Notes: generated from the letters alone by a model not told the origin. A stretch of 64,000 nucleotides of DNA from Chthoniobacterales bacterium (GCA_035568035.1 DATMOU010000015.1:28026-92025), one strand, 5' to 3'. Counted from the first letter of the stretch, positions 16,283-24,203 are shown. Numbers and translations are program-made.

Positions 16283-18226
16283 TTACCGCGGCGAGCGTGA
16301 TTGAAACCGAGTGTCGCTTTCTTTCGCAAGGCGAAGATTCTCCGCGACCTCGGTCAAAGTTGGATCGAGGCGAAGCGCTTCCTCGTACTGCATGATTGCC
16401 TGTGATGTTCGGCCTTGCTGCAAAAGCAAACTGCCAAAGTTGCCATGAACGTCAGCGCGTTTCGGATCGAGGCGTGTCGCTTCCACAAAGTGCGATTCGG
16501 CCCCATTAAGGTCGCCTTTGCTAAAAAGCGCTGTGGCTAGCTCCGAGTGAGCATCGGCCAGCTTCGGATCGACATCCAATGCGCGTTGGTATTGCGCGAT
16601 GGCGGCATCGAGCTCGCCTTGTTTGTCCAGAAACGCTCCGTAGGCGTACATCAGCTGGGCCGATTTCGGACTTAATCGAATCGCGGTTTGGTATTCGGTG
16701 CGCGCTTCATCGGTCCGACCAAGTCGCTCCAAAACGTAAGCGTAGCCGGAATGGGTATCGCCATTGTTCGGATCGAGTTGGATTGCTTTTTCGTAATTTT
16801 TTACGGATTCGTCGAACTTCGACTTCGACGAGTAAAGCTGGCCAAGATTGATGTAGACTTTCGTGTAATTCGGATCGAATCGCAGCGCGGTGTAATATTC
16901 TTTCTCCGCGTCGTCAAGACGGTGAACCGTTTGCAAAGCCGCGCCGTAGTTGAAATGCGCCCGTGCGCTCGACGGCAAATCGGACGCGACGTAATCCATG
17001 CGCTCCGCCTCCGGCGCGGCGCGATACACCTTTCCAAACCACATTGCGCCCAGCGGAAGCACGAACGCGACAGCCCATTTGGCGCCATGCAGTGTCCAGC
17101 CCGGAAGAAAACCACCCAGGCTGACGTCCGACGTGCCGCCCGCGAGTCCGAGCGATTGACGCGTCGACTTCTCGCGGACCTTCCAAATGAACCCGTCATA
17201 ATAAAAATGCAGCAGCCCAGAGGCGGCGACGACGCCGGTCAACAGGCGCGTCAGTGCCTCCATCCCGATGTGCGAGTTCAGGTAACCGATCGAGCCGTAG
17301 GCAAAAACCAGCCCGACGTACAATCCAATTAAAGATCCGCTGCGGCGAAAGATAAACCGCATGAATCCGCCGATGGAACTGTCCTTTTCCACACGGTTGC
17401 GGTTGTAAATCCAAACCAGTGACAAGTATTGGACGTCGTGAAAAACTTCGAACAATGCGATGCCGGCAAGAATGTTGGTGACGCCGTTATTACAATACCA
17501 CCAGAATGCGACGCTGGTGATAAAGAGAGCGAGCTTCACGGGGTTCTGTCGAGTTCCCGCAACCCACGTCCGAACGTAATTGCCAAACCACAACACCGAC
17601 ACCGCGATCGCAGCAACCAGAAAAGTCTGTTGCAGAATGTGAATCGCGATCGGCGAAATGAACGGTAGGCCGCAACCGTAGAACCCCTCAAGGGTGTCGG
17701 TCATTCGCGCCGGGGAAAGGATGACGCCGGCAGCGAACCAGACCGCGCACATTGCGAGATCAAGCCGGCGAGTCAGTCCCGCAAACGAACCCAGTTTCGC
17801 GTCGTAAATTCGCCCAAAACCATAGGTCTGCATCATGCCGTGCCAGACGCCCCAGAGAAACACGATCATCACCACCGGGTTGGCTTTGATGTCCCAAAAA
17901 TAAAAACCAACGCACACGGTCAGGAGAAATATTGGAGCGAGGATGAACCGCCACCGAAAACGCTCGAACAACGCGCGATCACCGTACGCCCGAATCATTC
18001 CCGGCAGGTGGTGCCCCATTGCACCAAACGCGGCGACGAACAAATAAATATCCTGCGCGCTCCAGCGCGCCTGCGCCGCCATGAAAAGGGGAACGATGAG
18101 GAGCGGGGTTCCGACGTAAAGAATCAGGTCCCGCCAGCTATCAAGGATCCAAACGTTGCGTTTGGGCACTACCGCCGTCACCGGCGGGACGGTTTCTGGA
18201 CGCGAGAATGCGGTGACGTGCTGCAT
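16283..18226 (-). CDS. polytopic membrane protein (unrecognised His-motif domain) fused to C-terminal TPR repeats
   Basis: 647-aa ORF. The N-terminal ~410 aa has about 10 TM helices and the conserved-looking motifs GAMGHHLPG, WGVWHGMMQTYG and FEVFHDVQYLSLVW. The C-terminal ~230 aa holds at least six TPRs (..A..Y..AL.LDP..). Confidence 0.75.
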   Translation of the reverse strand: MQHVTAFSRPETVPPVTAVVPKRNVWILDSWRDLILYVGTPLLIVPLFMAAQARWSAQDIYLFVAAFGAMGHHLPGMIRAYGDRALFERFRWRFILAPIFLLTVCVGFYFWDIKANPVVMIVFLWGVWHGMMQTYGFGRIYDAKLGSFAGLTRRLDLAMCAVWFAAGVILSPARMTDTLEGFYGCGLPFISPIAIHILQQTFLVAAIAVSVLWFGNYVRTWVAGTRQNPVKLALFITSVAFWWYCNNGVTNILAGIALFEVFHDVQYLSLVWIYNRNRVEKDSSIGGFMRFIFRRSGSLIGLYVGLVFAYGSIGYLNSHIGMEALTRLLTGVVAASGLLHFYYDGFIWKVREKSTRQSLGLAGGTSDVSLGGFLPGWTLHGAKWAVAFVLPLGAMWFGKVYRAAPEAERMDYVASDLPSSARAHFNYGAALQTVHRLDDAEKEYYTALRFDPNYTKVYINLGQLYSSKSKFDESVKNYEKAIQLDPNNGDTHSGYAYVLERLGRTDEARTEYQTAIRLSPKSAQLMYAYGAFLDKQGELDAAIAQYQRALDVDPKLADAHSELATALFSKGDLNGAESHFVEATRLDPKRADVHGNFGSLLLQQGRTSQAIMQYEEALRLDPTLTEVAENLRLAKESDTRFQSRSPR

Positions 18227-18348
18227 GGCCGTGGCGGGCTCTATTTTCCTCAGATCGGCGGGAAAATCAATTCCAGGCTGGCTACCGACGTCGGTCGTGA
18301 GAACCGATATCTGCTGCGGCCATTTTCAGGCTTCAACGCGAAGATAAA

Positions 18349-18834
18349 GTGAGATTTATGAACCGAACTCAAACCGCAGAGCTAAGAAAACACGAACAAG
18401 AGCACGATTTCTTTTGCGTTGTGAGCGATGCCTTTCGTGTCTTCGCCCGAAAAGCATCAGCGGTTTTGGGAAGCGCGTGGGCGTTTGCCGCGGCCATTCT
18501 CATCATTGTCGTGTGGGCGACGACTGGACCGATGTTCCACTTTTCCGACACGTGGCAGCTGATCATCAACACCGGGACGACCATCGTCACTTTCCTCATG
18601 GTGTTTTTGATTCAAAACACGCAGAACCGCGATGCCAAGGCGGTGCACTTGAAACTCGACGAAATCATTCGTGCTCTGAAAAAAGCGCGCAACGAGCTGG
18701 TCGACCTTGAAGAGCTTTCCGACGAAGAATTGGGCAGGTTAGAAGATCAGTTCAGACGTGTACGCACGAAAGCGGAGAATCACGGAACTAATATGCGTCA
18801 CGTCGAGCCTGAAGCGCTTGAATCTGACCGCTAA
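18349..18834 (+). CDS. low-affinity iron permease family protein (Fet4-like domain)
   Basis: ..GSAWAFAAAILIIVVWATTGPMFHFSDTWQLIINTGTTIVTFLMVFLIQNTQNRD..KLDEIIRAL.. matches the bacterial low-affinity iron permease family. The start is GTG 18349 or ATG 18358. Confidence 0.75.
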   Translation: MRFMNRTQTAELRKHEQEHDFFCVVSDAFRVFARKASAVLGSAWAFAAAILIIVVWATTGPMFHFSDTWQLIINTGTTIVTFLMVFLIQNTQNRDAKAVHLKLDEIIRALKKARNELVDLEELSDEELGRLEDQFRRVRTKAENHGTNMRHVEPEALESDR

Positions 18835-18835
18835 G

Positions 18836-19507
18836 TCAAGCCTCGTCCGATTCCCGAGCGACACCGGTTCGTAGAAAGACTTTGCCGCTCGGGCAAAGCT
18901 TGAACACTTCGCAATTCGCGCAGTCCGGTTTCCGCGCGTAACAGCGCCGACGTCCGTGCCAGATTAGCCAGTGACTCCAAACCGCCCAATACTTTTGCGG
19001 GACGAGTTTCATCAGGTCCTGCTCGATCTTCTCCGGATCCTTGTGCTTCGTCAGTCCAAGGCGTTGCGACAAGCGAATGACATGCGTATCGACCACAATG
19101 CCCTCGTTGATCCCGAACGCGCTTCCCAAAACCACGTTCGCCGTTTTTCGGCCAACTCCCGGCAGCTCACGCAGTTTCTCCATCGAGTTGGGAACCTTGC
19201 CGCCGAATTTCTTCGCAATTGCCGATGTCGCGCCCTGGATGCTTCTTGTTTTACTTCGAAAAAATCCGGTCGACTTGATTGCGGTCTCCAGCTCCGCCGC
19301 CGGCGCGCTCGCGTAGTCATTGGCCGTCCGATATTTCTTGAACAACGCCGGCGTGACCATATTCACTCGCCTATCCGTGCATTGCGCCGAGAGAATCGTC
19401 GCGATCAACAATTCGAGCGGCGTTTTGAAATTCAGCTCGGTGTGCGCGTCCGGATAAACCTTCGGCCAAACCTTGATCAGTTGGGCAACACGCTCACGAG
19501 CTGTCAT
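18836..19507 (-). CDS. nth: endonuclease III
   Basis: HhH-GPD core (..LPGVGRKTANVVL..) and a C-terminal 4Fe-4S cluster loop, C-x6-C-x2-C-x5-C (CYARKPDCANCEVFKLC). Confidence 0.92.
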   Translation of the reverse strand: MTARERVAQLIKVWPKVYPDAHTELNFKTPLELLIATILSAQCTDRRVNMVTPALFKKYRTANDYASAPAAELETAIKSTGFFRSKTRSIQGATSAIAKKFGGKVPNSMEKLRELPGVGRKTANVVLGSAFGINEGIVVDTHVIRLSQRLGLTKHKDPEKIEQDLMKLVPQKYWAVWSHWLIWHGRRRCYARKPDCANCEVFKLCPSGKVFLRTGVARESDEA

Positions 19508-19513
19508 GCCTTT

Positions 19514-19623
19514 TTGTCATCCCGAGCGAAAGCGAGGGACCTCCCAGTCGAAGCTTGGATCACACAAAATACTTAGCGTGATCAATCAGCTTATGCGAGG
19601 TCCTTCACTTCGTTCAGGATGAC
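19514..19623. mobile_element. MITE-like element, family B (TIRs GTCATCCCGAGCGAAAGCGAGGGACCTC / GAGGTCCTTCACTTCGTTCAGGATGAC)
   Basis: About 27-bp terminal inverted repeats. The same two termini occur in inverted order at 41042-41149. Fills the hflX-nth intergenic gap. Confidence 0.7.
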
Positions 19624-19626
19624 CCG

Positions 19627-20931
19627 CTAAGTTCGCTCCGCGTAGCGGTCGAGCTTTTGCGCAAGGTCCGGAGGAACGTGGGCAACGATTATTGCGTCGT
19701 TGTCTTCGTATCTTAGTTCCAGCACGTGGCCAACGCGATGAATCTCCGCGACCAACGCGGATTCGCGGGCAGGAATCTTGAATCGCGACCGCAATCGCCA
19801 GGCGCTCAGGGCATCCTGCAACGCCTGCACCAGATTGTTCACGTTTTCGCCCGTCCGCGCGGATATGGCCACACTGCCAGGGAACCGTCTCAGGTAAGTG
19901 TCGATCAGATCGCGGTTCCTTGCCACGCCGGAGTCTTCCGAAGGCAGGTGCACCTTGTCGATCTTGTTGAACACGATCAGTGTTTGCTTGCCGAACGCGT
20001 TCAGCTCCTTAATCACGTTCTCAACCGCTTCGATCTGATCGTCCACTCGCGAATGTGAAAGGTCGACCACGTGGATGAGCAAGTCGGCTTCGTTCACCTC
20101 TTCGAGCGTCGCCTTAAAAGATTCGATCAGGGTGTGGGGAAGTTTTCGTAGAAAGCCGACCGTGTCGGTGAGCAGGACGCGCTGTTTGTTTGGCAAAACG
20201 AAACTGCGCGTTGTCGGATCGAGCGTGGCGAAAAGCTTGTTCTCGGTAACGACGTCCGCGCCGGTCAGAAGATTCAAAAGCGTTGATTTCCCGGCATTCG
20301 TGTAACCAACTACTGCTGCGACCGGCCATTGATGACGTTTGCGTCCCTGTCGCTGAACCGCGCGCGTTTTTCGGACCGATTCCAACTCGCGCTCGAGTCG
20401 CGCGATTCGTTCCTGAACCCGCCGCCGGTCCACTTCCAACTGCGTTTCACCCGGACCACGCGTGCCGATTCCACCAGTTTGCCGCGACAAGTGATGCCAC
20501 ATCCGGGTTAATCGCGGCAGCAAGTATTGCAGCTGCGCGAGCTCGATCTGCAACCGACCTTCCCGACTGCGCGCGCGTTGTGCGAAAATGTCGAGAATGA
20601 GTTGGGTGCGATCGAGAACTTTGCGGGAAAGAAGATTTTCCAGATTGCGCCCCTGCGCCGGCGAAAGTTCGTCATCGAAAATGACCGAAGTCACCTGTCT
20701 ATCCTGAAGCGCGGGCTTAAGCGATTCGGCTTTTCCTTTTCCGATGTAGTACGGCGCGGTCGGCTTCTCGAGTTTCTGGGTAACGGTATCTACGACTTCG
20801 GCGCCGGCGGAGTTTGCCAGTTCAGCCAATTCCTCGAGCGAATCCTGCAAATCCCATTTCGAGACGCCGCGCTTCTCGAGACCGATTAATAGGGCGCGTT
20901 CGTGCGTTTTCTTCGGGCGTGTTTCAATCAT
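19627..20931 (-). CDS. hflX: GTPase HflX
   Basis: HflX N-domain plus G-domain (..VGYTNAGKSTLLN.., ..DTVGF.., ..NKID..). Overlaps the miaA 3' end by 8 nt. Confidence 0.92.
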   Translation of the reverse strand: MIETRPKKTHERALLIGLEKRGVSKWDLQDSLEELAELANSAGAEVVDTVTQKLEKPTAPYYIGKGKAESLKPALQDRQVTSVIFDDELSPAQGRNLENLLSRKVLDRTQLILDIFAQRARSREGRLQIELAQLQYLLPRLTRMWHHLSRQTGGIGTRGPGETQLEVDRRRVQERIARLERELESVRKTRAVQRQGRKRHQWPVAAVVGYTNAGKSTLLNLLTGADVVTENKLFATLDPTTRSFVLPNKQRVLLTDTVGFLRKLPHTLIESFKATLEEVNEADLLIHVVDLSHSRVDDQIEAVENVIKELNAFGKQTLIVFNKIDKVHLPSEDSGVARNRDLIDTYLRRFPGSVAISARTGENVNNLVQALQDALSAWRLRSRFKIPARESALVAEIHRVGHVLELRYEDNDAIIVAHVPPDLAQKLDRYAERT

Positions 20932-21889
20932 TCCCTTGCGCGAAAGCCGGACGAGCTTTCTGCGAAATCCATTTTACTGCTTCGTTCGTACTCAGAAGCG
21001 ACAAATTCAGCCGTTCAAAATTAGTTTGCCGCCGAAACCAGGTCAACTGCCTTTTGGCGTAACGGCGGGTTGCTTGCTGGATCGCGGCGACACATTGCGA
21101 CATCGACATCTTCCCGTCGAGCAGCGCGCGAATTTCGCGGAGGCCGATCATCTTCGACGCAGTTTCGCCCATCGCGCCGGCCGCGTTCACTTCTTCGACG
21201 ACGCCGGCATCGAACATCGCCTCCACGCGACGATTGATGCTTTGGTAGAGATCGTCGCGATCCCGACAAGCGAAGACGCCTTCAGTCTCTTCGCTATGCG
21301 AAGCGCCACCACAATTCTTCGAGTCAACCCGAGAATCCGCTTCCGTCAGGGGCGCGCCTGCAGTCCACGCCGTGCGCTGTTCCGACGCCGCTCTTCCGCT
21401 GAGCAGGCAGATTTCAATCGCACGCACGACGCGCCGTCGATTTTTGAGATCAACTGCCGTTTGGGGATCGAGGCCGCGCAGTTTCTCCTGTAAGTCAGCC
21501 AGACTCAGTTCGTTCATCTGCACGCGTAAATCCGAGTCCGCGGAAGGCACGACCGAGAGGCCATGGGTCAGCGCTTTGATGTAAAGCCCGCTCCCCCCGA
21601 CGACTACCGCCAATTTCCCTCGAGAATGAATTTCACTGATCGCTTGCAGCGCGAGTTTGCGAAATTTTTCCGCGCTCATTTCGTCCAGGACAGAAATCGT
21701 GCCGATGAGATGATGCGGCACTTTCGCGAGAGTGGCCGAGTCAGGCTTGGCGGTCAGTAAATCGAGCCCGCGATAAATTTGAAACGCGTCGGCACTGACA
21801 ATTTCGGCATCAAGTTTGCGCGCGACGATGGCCGCGAGCTCCGATTTGCCTGTGGCGGTCGGACCGACGATGAAAAAAACATTTTTCAT
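20924..21889 (-). CDS. miaA: tRNA dimethylallyltransferase
   Basis: P-loop N-terminus (FIVGPTATGKSELA) and conserved ..VVGGSGLYIKAL.. and ..YAKRQLTWFR.. motifs. Confidence 0.92.
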   Translation of the reverse strand: MKNVFFIVGPTATGKSELAAIVARKLDAEIVSADAFQIYRGLDLLTAKPDSATLAKVPHHLIGTISVLDEMSAEKFRKLALQAISEIHSRGKLAVVVGGSGLYIKALTHGLSVVPSADSDLRVQMNELSLADLQEKLRGLDPQTAVDLKNRRRVVRAIEICLLSGRAASEQRTAWTAGAPLTEADSRVDSKNCGGASHSEETEGVFACRDRDDLYQSINRRVEAMFDAGVVEEVNAAGAMGETASKMIGLREIRALLDGKMSMSQCVAAIQQATRRYAKRQLTWFRRQTNFERLNLSLLSTNEAVKWISQKARPAFAQGND

Positions 21890-21890
21890 G

Positions 21891-22024
21891 AATGACGAAG
21901 CACGAATGTCGAATGCCGAAGGAATTCCGAAACTCGAATGACGAAAAATCCAAAGGGAGACTGGCCTATTCGAATTTCGTCATTCGGATTTGTTTCGTCA
22001 TTCGTCATTCGGATTTCGTCATTG
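21891..22024. repeat. palindromic 'AATGACGAA-word' MITE-like repeat, family D, copy 1
   Basis: The left end AATGACGAAGCACGAATGTCGAATGCCGAAGGAA is 31/34 identical to the reverse complement of 22992-23025. The right half holds four TTCGTCATTC words. Begins 1 nt upstream of the miaA ATG. Confidence 0.65.
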
Positions 22025-22095
22025 GGCGGTGAAAAGCAACGGGAGACACCCGATCTCCGAGCATCTCCCGCTGACAAATTCCGAACCTGCCGATG

Positions 22096-22617
22096 TTACT
22101 CGCGCGAGTGTTCGCTCGATTTGGCGCCGCTGACCACGAGCTTGCGCCCGAGGAATTCCTTATCGTGTAATTCCTCAACCGCGCGCCTGGCTTCATCGAT
22201 CGTCTGCATTTGGACGAAAGCGAAACCCTTGGAGCGCTGATTGTGGCGATAGCTGACTACCTCGGCGTTCTGGACATGGCCGACGCCGTTAAAGAGGTTG
22301 AATAGGTCGCTCTCTGTCGCATCGAACGACAAGTTGCCGACGTAAAGACGCGGCGACGTCACTTCGACCGACTCAGGTTTACGCTGCGGCCGGGGCTGTT
22401 GTTGCTGCGGCTGATCCTGCTGCTGCCCGTTCCGCGATTGGATAGTGGGTTTTCTTTGGCTGCCACCGTTTCCCCCGAAAAATGCGACGATGCGTTGCCA
22501 AAATGTTTTCTGCTTCGGAGCTTGCGCGCGTTGCTCTTGGGAACGCTCGCGCCCGCCCCGCCGTCGAGAGCGACCGCGCCCATGGCGCTGGCGTCTCCCG
22601 TATGAATGCGAGTTCAT
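22096..22617 (-). CDS. RNA-binding protein with a C-terminal RRM domain and an Arg/Gln-rich N-terminal region
   Basis: RNP-2/RNP-1 motifs (LYVGNLSF ... KGFAFVQM) and a basic N-terminus (RRQRHGRGRSRRRGGRERS). Confidence 0.85.
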   Translation of the reverse strand: MNSHSYGRRQRHGRGRSRRRGGRERSQEQRAQAPKQKTFWQRIVAFFGGNGGSQRKPTIQSRNGQQQDQPQQQQPRPQRKPESVEVTSPRLYVGNLSFDATESDLFNLFNGVGHVQNAEVVSYRHNQRSKGFAFVQMQTIDEARRAVEELHDKEFLGRKLVVSGAKSSEHSRE

Positions 22618-22888
22618 GTTGATCCTCAGTTTCTAAGTTGTTCAATGGGCGGAGCGCATCCAACGATGCACGGTCCACGGCTCGCGAATCCCGAAAGGTC
22701 CACAAATTGCAATCAGTCTGCGACGCCGCTGGAAACTCCGCCTCGCCACGCTGGAAATAGAATCGTCTCAGGGTGCAGCCCGTTTTGCTCAGCCAACCAG
22801 ATCGCGAAGATGACGAACCTCGCTTCATACTCTTAGCCTCTATAGAACGGATGCGAGATCGAATCAGATTCCCAGCATCTACCGCCCG

Positions 22889-22917
22889 ATTATCGCCCGC
22901 AGACACTCCGTTTGCAA
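22889..22917 (-). promoter_or_regulatory. sigma70-type promoter for the RRM gene (TTGCAA-17 nt-GATAAT)
   Basis: Read on the minus strand, TTGCAA lies at 22917-22912, followed by a 17-nt spacer and GATAAT at 22894-22889. This predicts a ~265-nt 5' leader before ATG 22617. Confidence 0.55.
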
Positions 22918-22928
22918 GGGGCAATCAA

Positions 22929-23025
22929 AGAATGTCGAATGACGAATTCCGAGTGACGAAACATGGCGACCTTGCTTCGTTTCTTGCGTGCTTCCTTCAG
23001 CATTCGTTATTCGTGCTTCGTCATT
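22929..23025. repeat. palindromic 'AATGACGAA-word' MITE-like repeat, family D, copy 2 (inverted relative to copy 1)
   Basis: GAATGTCGAATGACGAATTCCGAGTGACGAA ... TTCCTTCAGCATTCGTTATTCGTGCTTCGTCATT. Its right end supplies the last six codons and the stop of the sulfotransferase gene. Confidence 0.65.
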
Positions 23026-24017
23026 GAGTCGCGCATCGAATAAAGACGCGACTTCAGATATTCACGAACGCGCTCCTGACGAACTGGTTTTAGAAAATAG
23101 CTTGGTTTGCGCGACTTAAGCCGCGGTTCGTATCCAAACTCTGACATCAAGTCGCGGCAATGCCATTCCACCCAGCCGACCTCGTCCTCTGACAGTTCCT
23201 TTTCCCAACGCGACGCCGGTTCGTCGCTCACTTGCGAAAACGCGATCTGCGCCGCTGAATTTCCGCCCCAAGGCTCGCCGATTTTGGTCGGGCTCAAAAC
23301 AACCTCGGGATCGAATTGGATCTCCAGATAATCGCAAACGTCCTTCATTACTTGCGAGGGTTCGCTGACGAGTCTCTCGAACCGGATAAACAGCCCCGGC
23401 ACTTCACCGGCTCGAACATGGCGCGCCAAATTCGCGGTTACTCGCCAGTGCGCGATCACGTAATAGACCGAGAAGCGCTTGGTTTGGCGCGTCTTCTCCA
23501 GTGCGATCTGCGTCGCCAGAATCGCGCGTGGATCGCGCAGCGTGACGAGTAGTTTTGCATGTGGAAATCGCCCGAAGATCTCGTCGATATGATTCCGGTT
23601 GGCCGGGGTTTTCTCGATCCAGCGTTTGATGCGATCGAGCGACACTCCCATCGTTGCCGCGTAGGCTTCGGTCATCAGCGCGAGCAAATCGCGTTGCGCA
23701 TTTGCCGGATCGAACGCGATCCGTTCGAACGCTTCCAGGAACCGTTGTTGCGGAAAATTTTTGTATTCGTGCTCGCGCCATTTCGGTTCGCCACCAAACA
23801 GGACACGCGAGAACGATTGCCTGGTTAGATAATCAAACTGGGCGCGACGGCCGGCCCTGCCGTATTTTCTGAGAACGGTTGAGAAATACGCGGTCTCCTG
23901 CGGCAAAACCAGGAGCTCGGGATGATTGTCGAGCAGCGCGGCAACAAGCGTCGTCCCCGATTTCGCCTGACCGGCCACGAAACAAGCGCGCTGATCGAAT
24001 GGGAGATTTGTACTCAT
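23007..24017 (-). CDS. sulfotransferase family protein
   Basis: 5'-PSB loop (..GQAKSGTTLVAALL..) and a 3'-PB-like region (..LVTLRDPRAILATQ..). 336 aa. Confidence 0.8.
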   Translation of the reverse strand: MSTNLPFDQRACFVAGQAKSGTTLVAALLDNHPELLVLPQETAYFSTVLRKYGRAGRRAQFDYLTRQSFSRVLFGGEPKWREHEYKNFPQQRFLEAFERIAFDPANAQRDLLALMTEAYAATMGVSLDRIKRWIEKTPANRNHIDEIFGRFPHAKLLVTLRDPRAILATQIALEKTRQTKRFSVYYVIAHWRVTANLARHVRAGEVPGLFIRFERLVSEPSQVMKDVCDYLEIQFDPEVVLSPTKIGEPWGGNSAAQIAFSQVSDEPASRWEKELSEDEVGWVEWHCRDLMSEFGYEPRLKSRKPSYFLKPVRQERVREYLKSRLYSMRDSMTKHE

Positions 24018-24203
24018 CCGAACGAACTAGAATCGGCGGTTGGGAGAAAATAGCCCAGCCTTTTAAGGCTGGGTAAGAAATCCGCAGGCAAGCCAGTCCC
24101 ATCGGGACGCAAGAACCATTCTGTCGTCTCTAACGGCACTCGACGCGTTATGACATCCCACACCCAGCGCTGAAGCGCTAGGCTATTGTCACAGATCCAG
24201 ACG

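Noticed and set aside
22379-22924. 181-aa minus-strand ORF covering the RRM leader and running into the RRM coding region in another frame.
   Set aside because: It starts upstream of the predicted -10/-35 promoter, overlaps the well-supported RRM gene out of frame, and has a low-complexity Arg/Ser composition. It is better explained as an untranslated leader.
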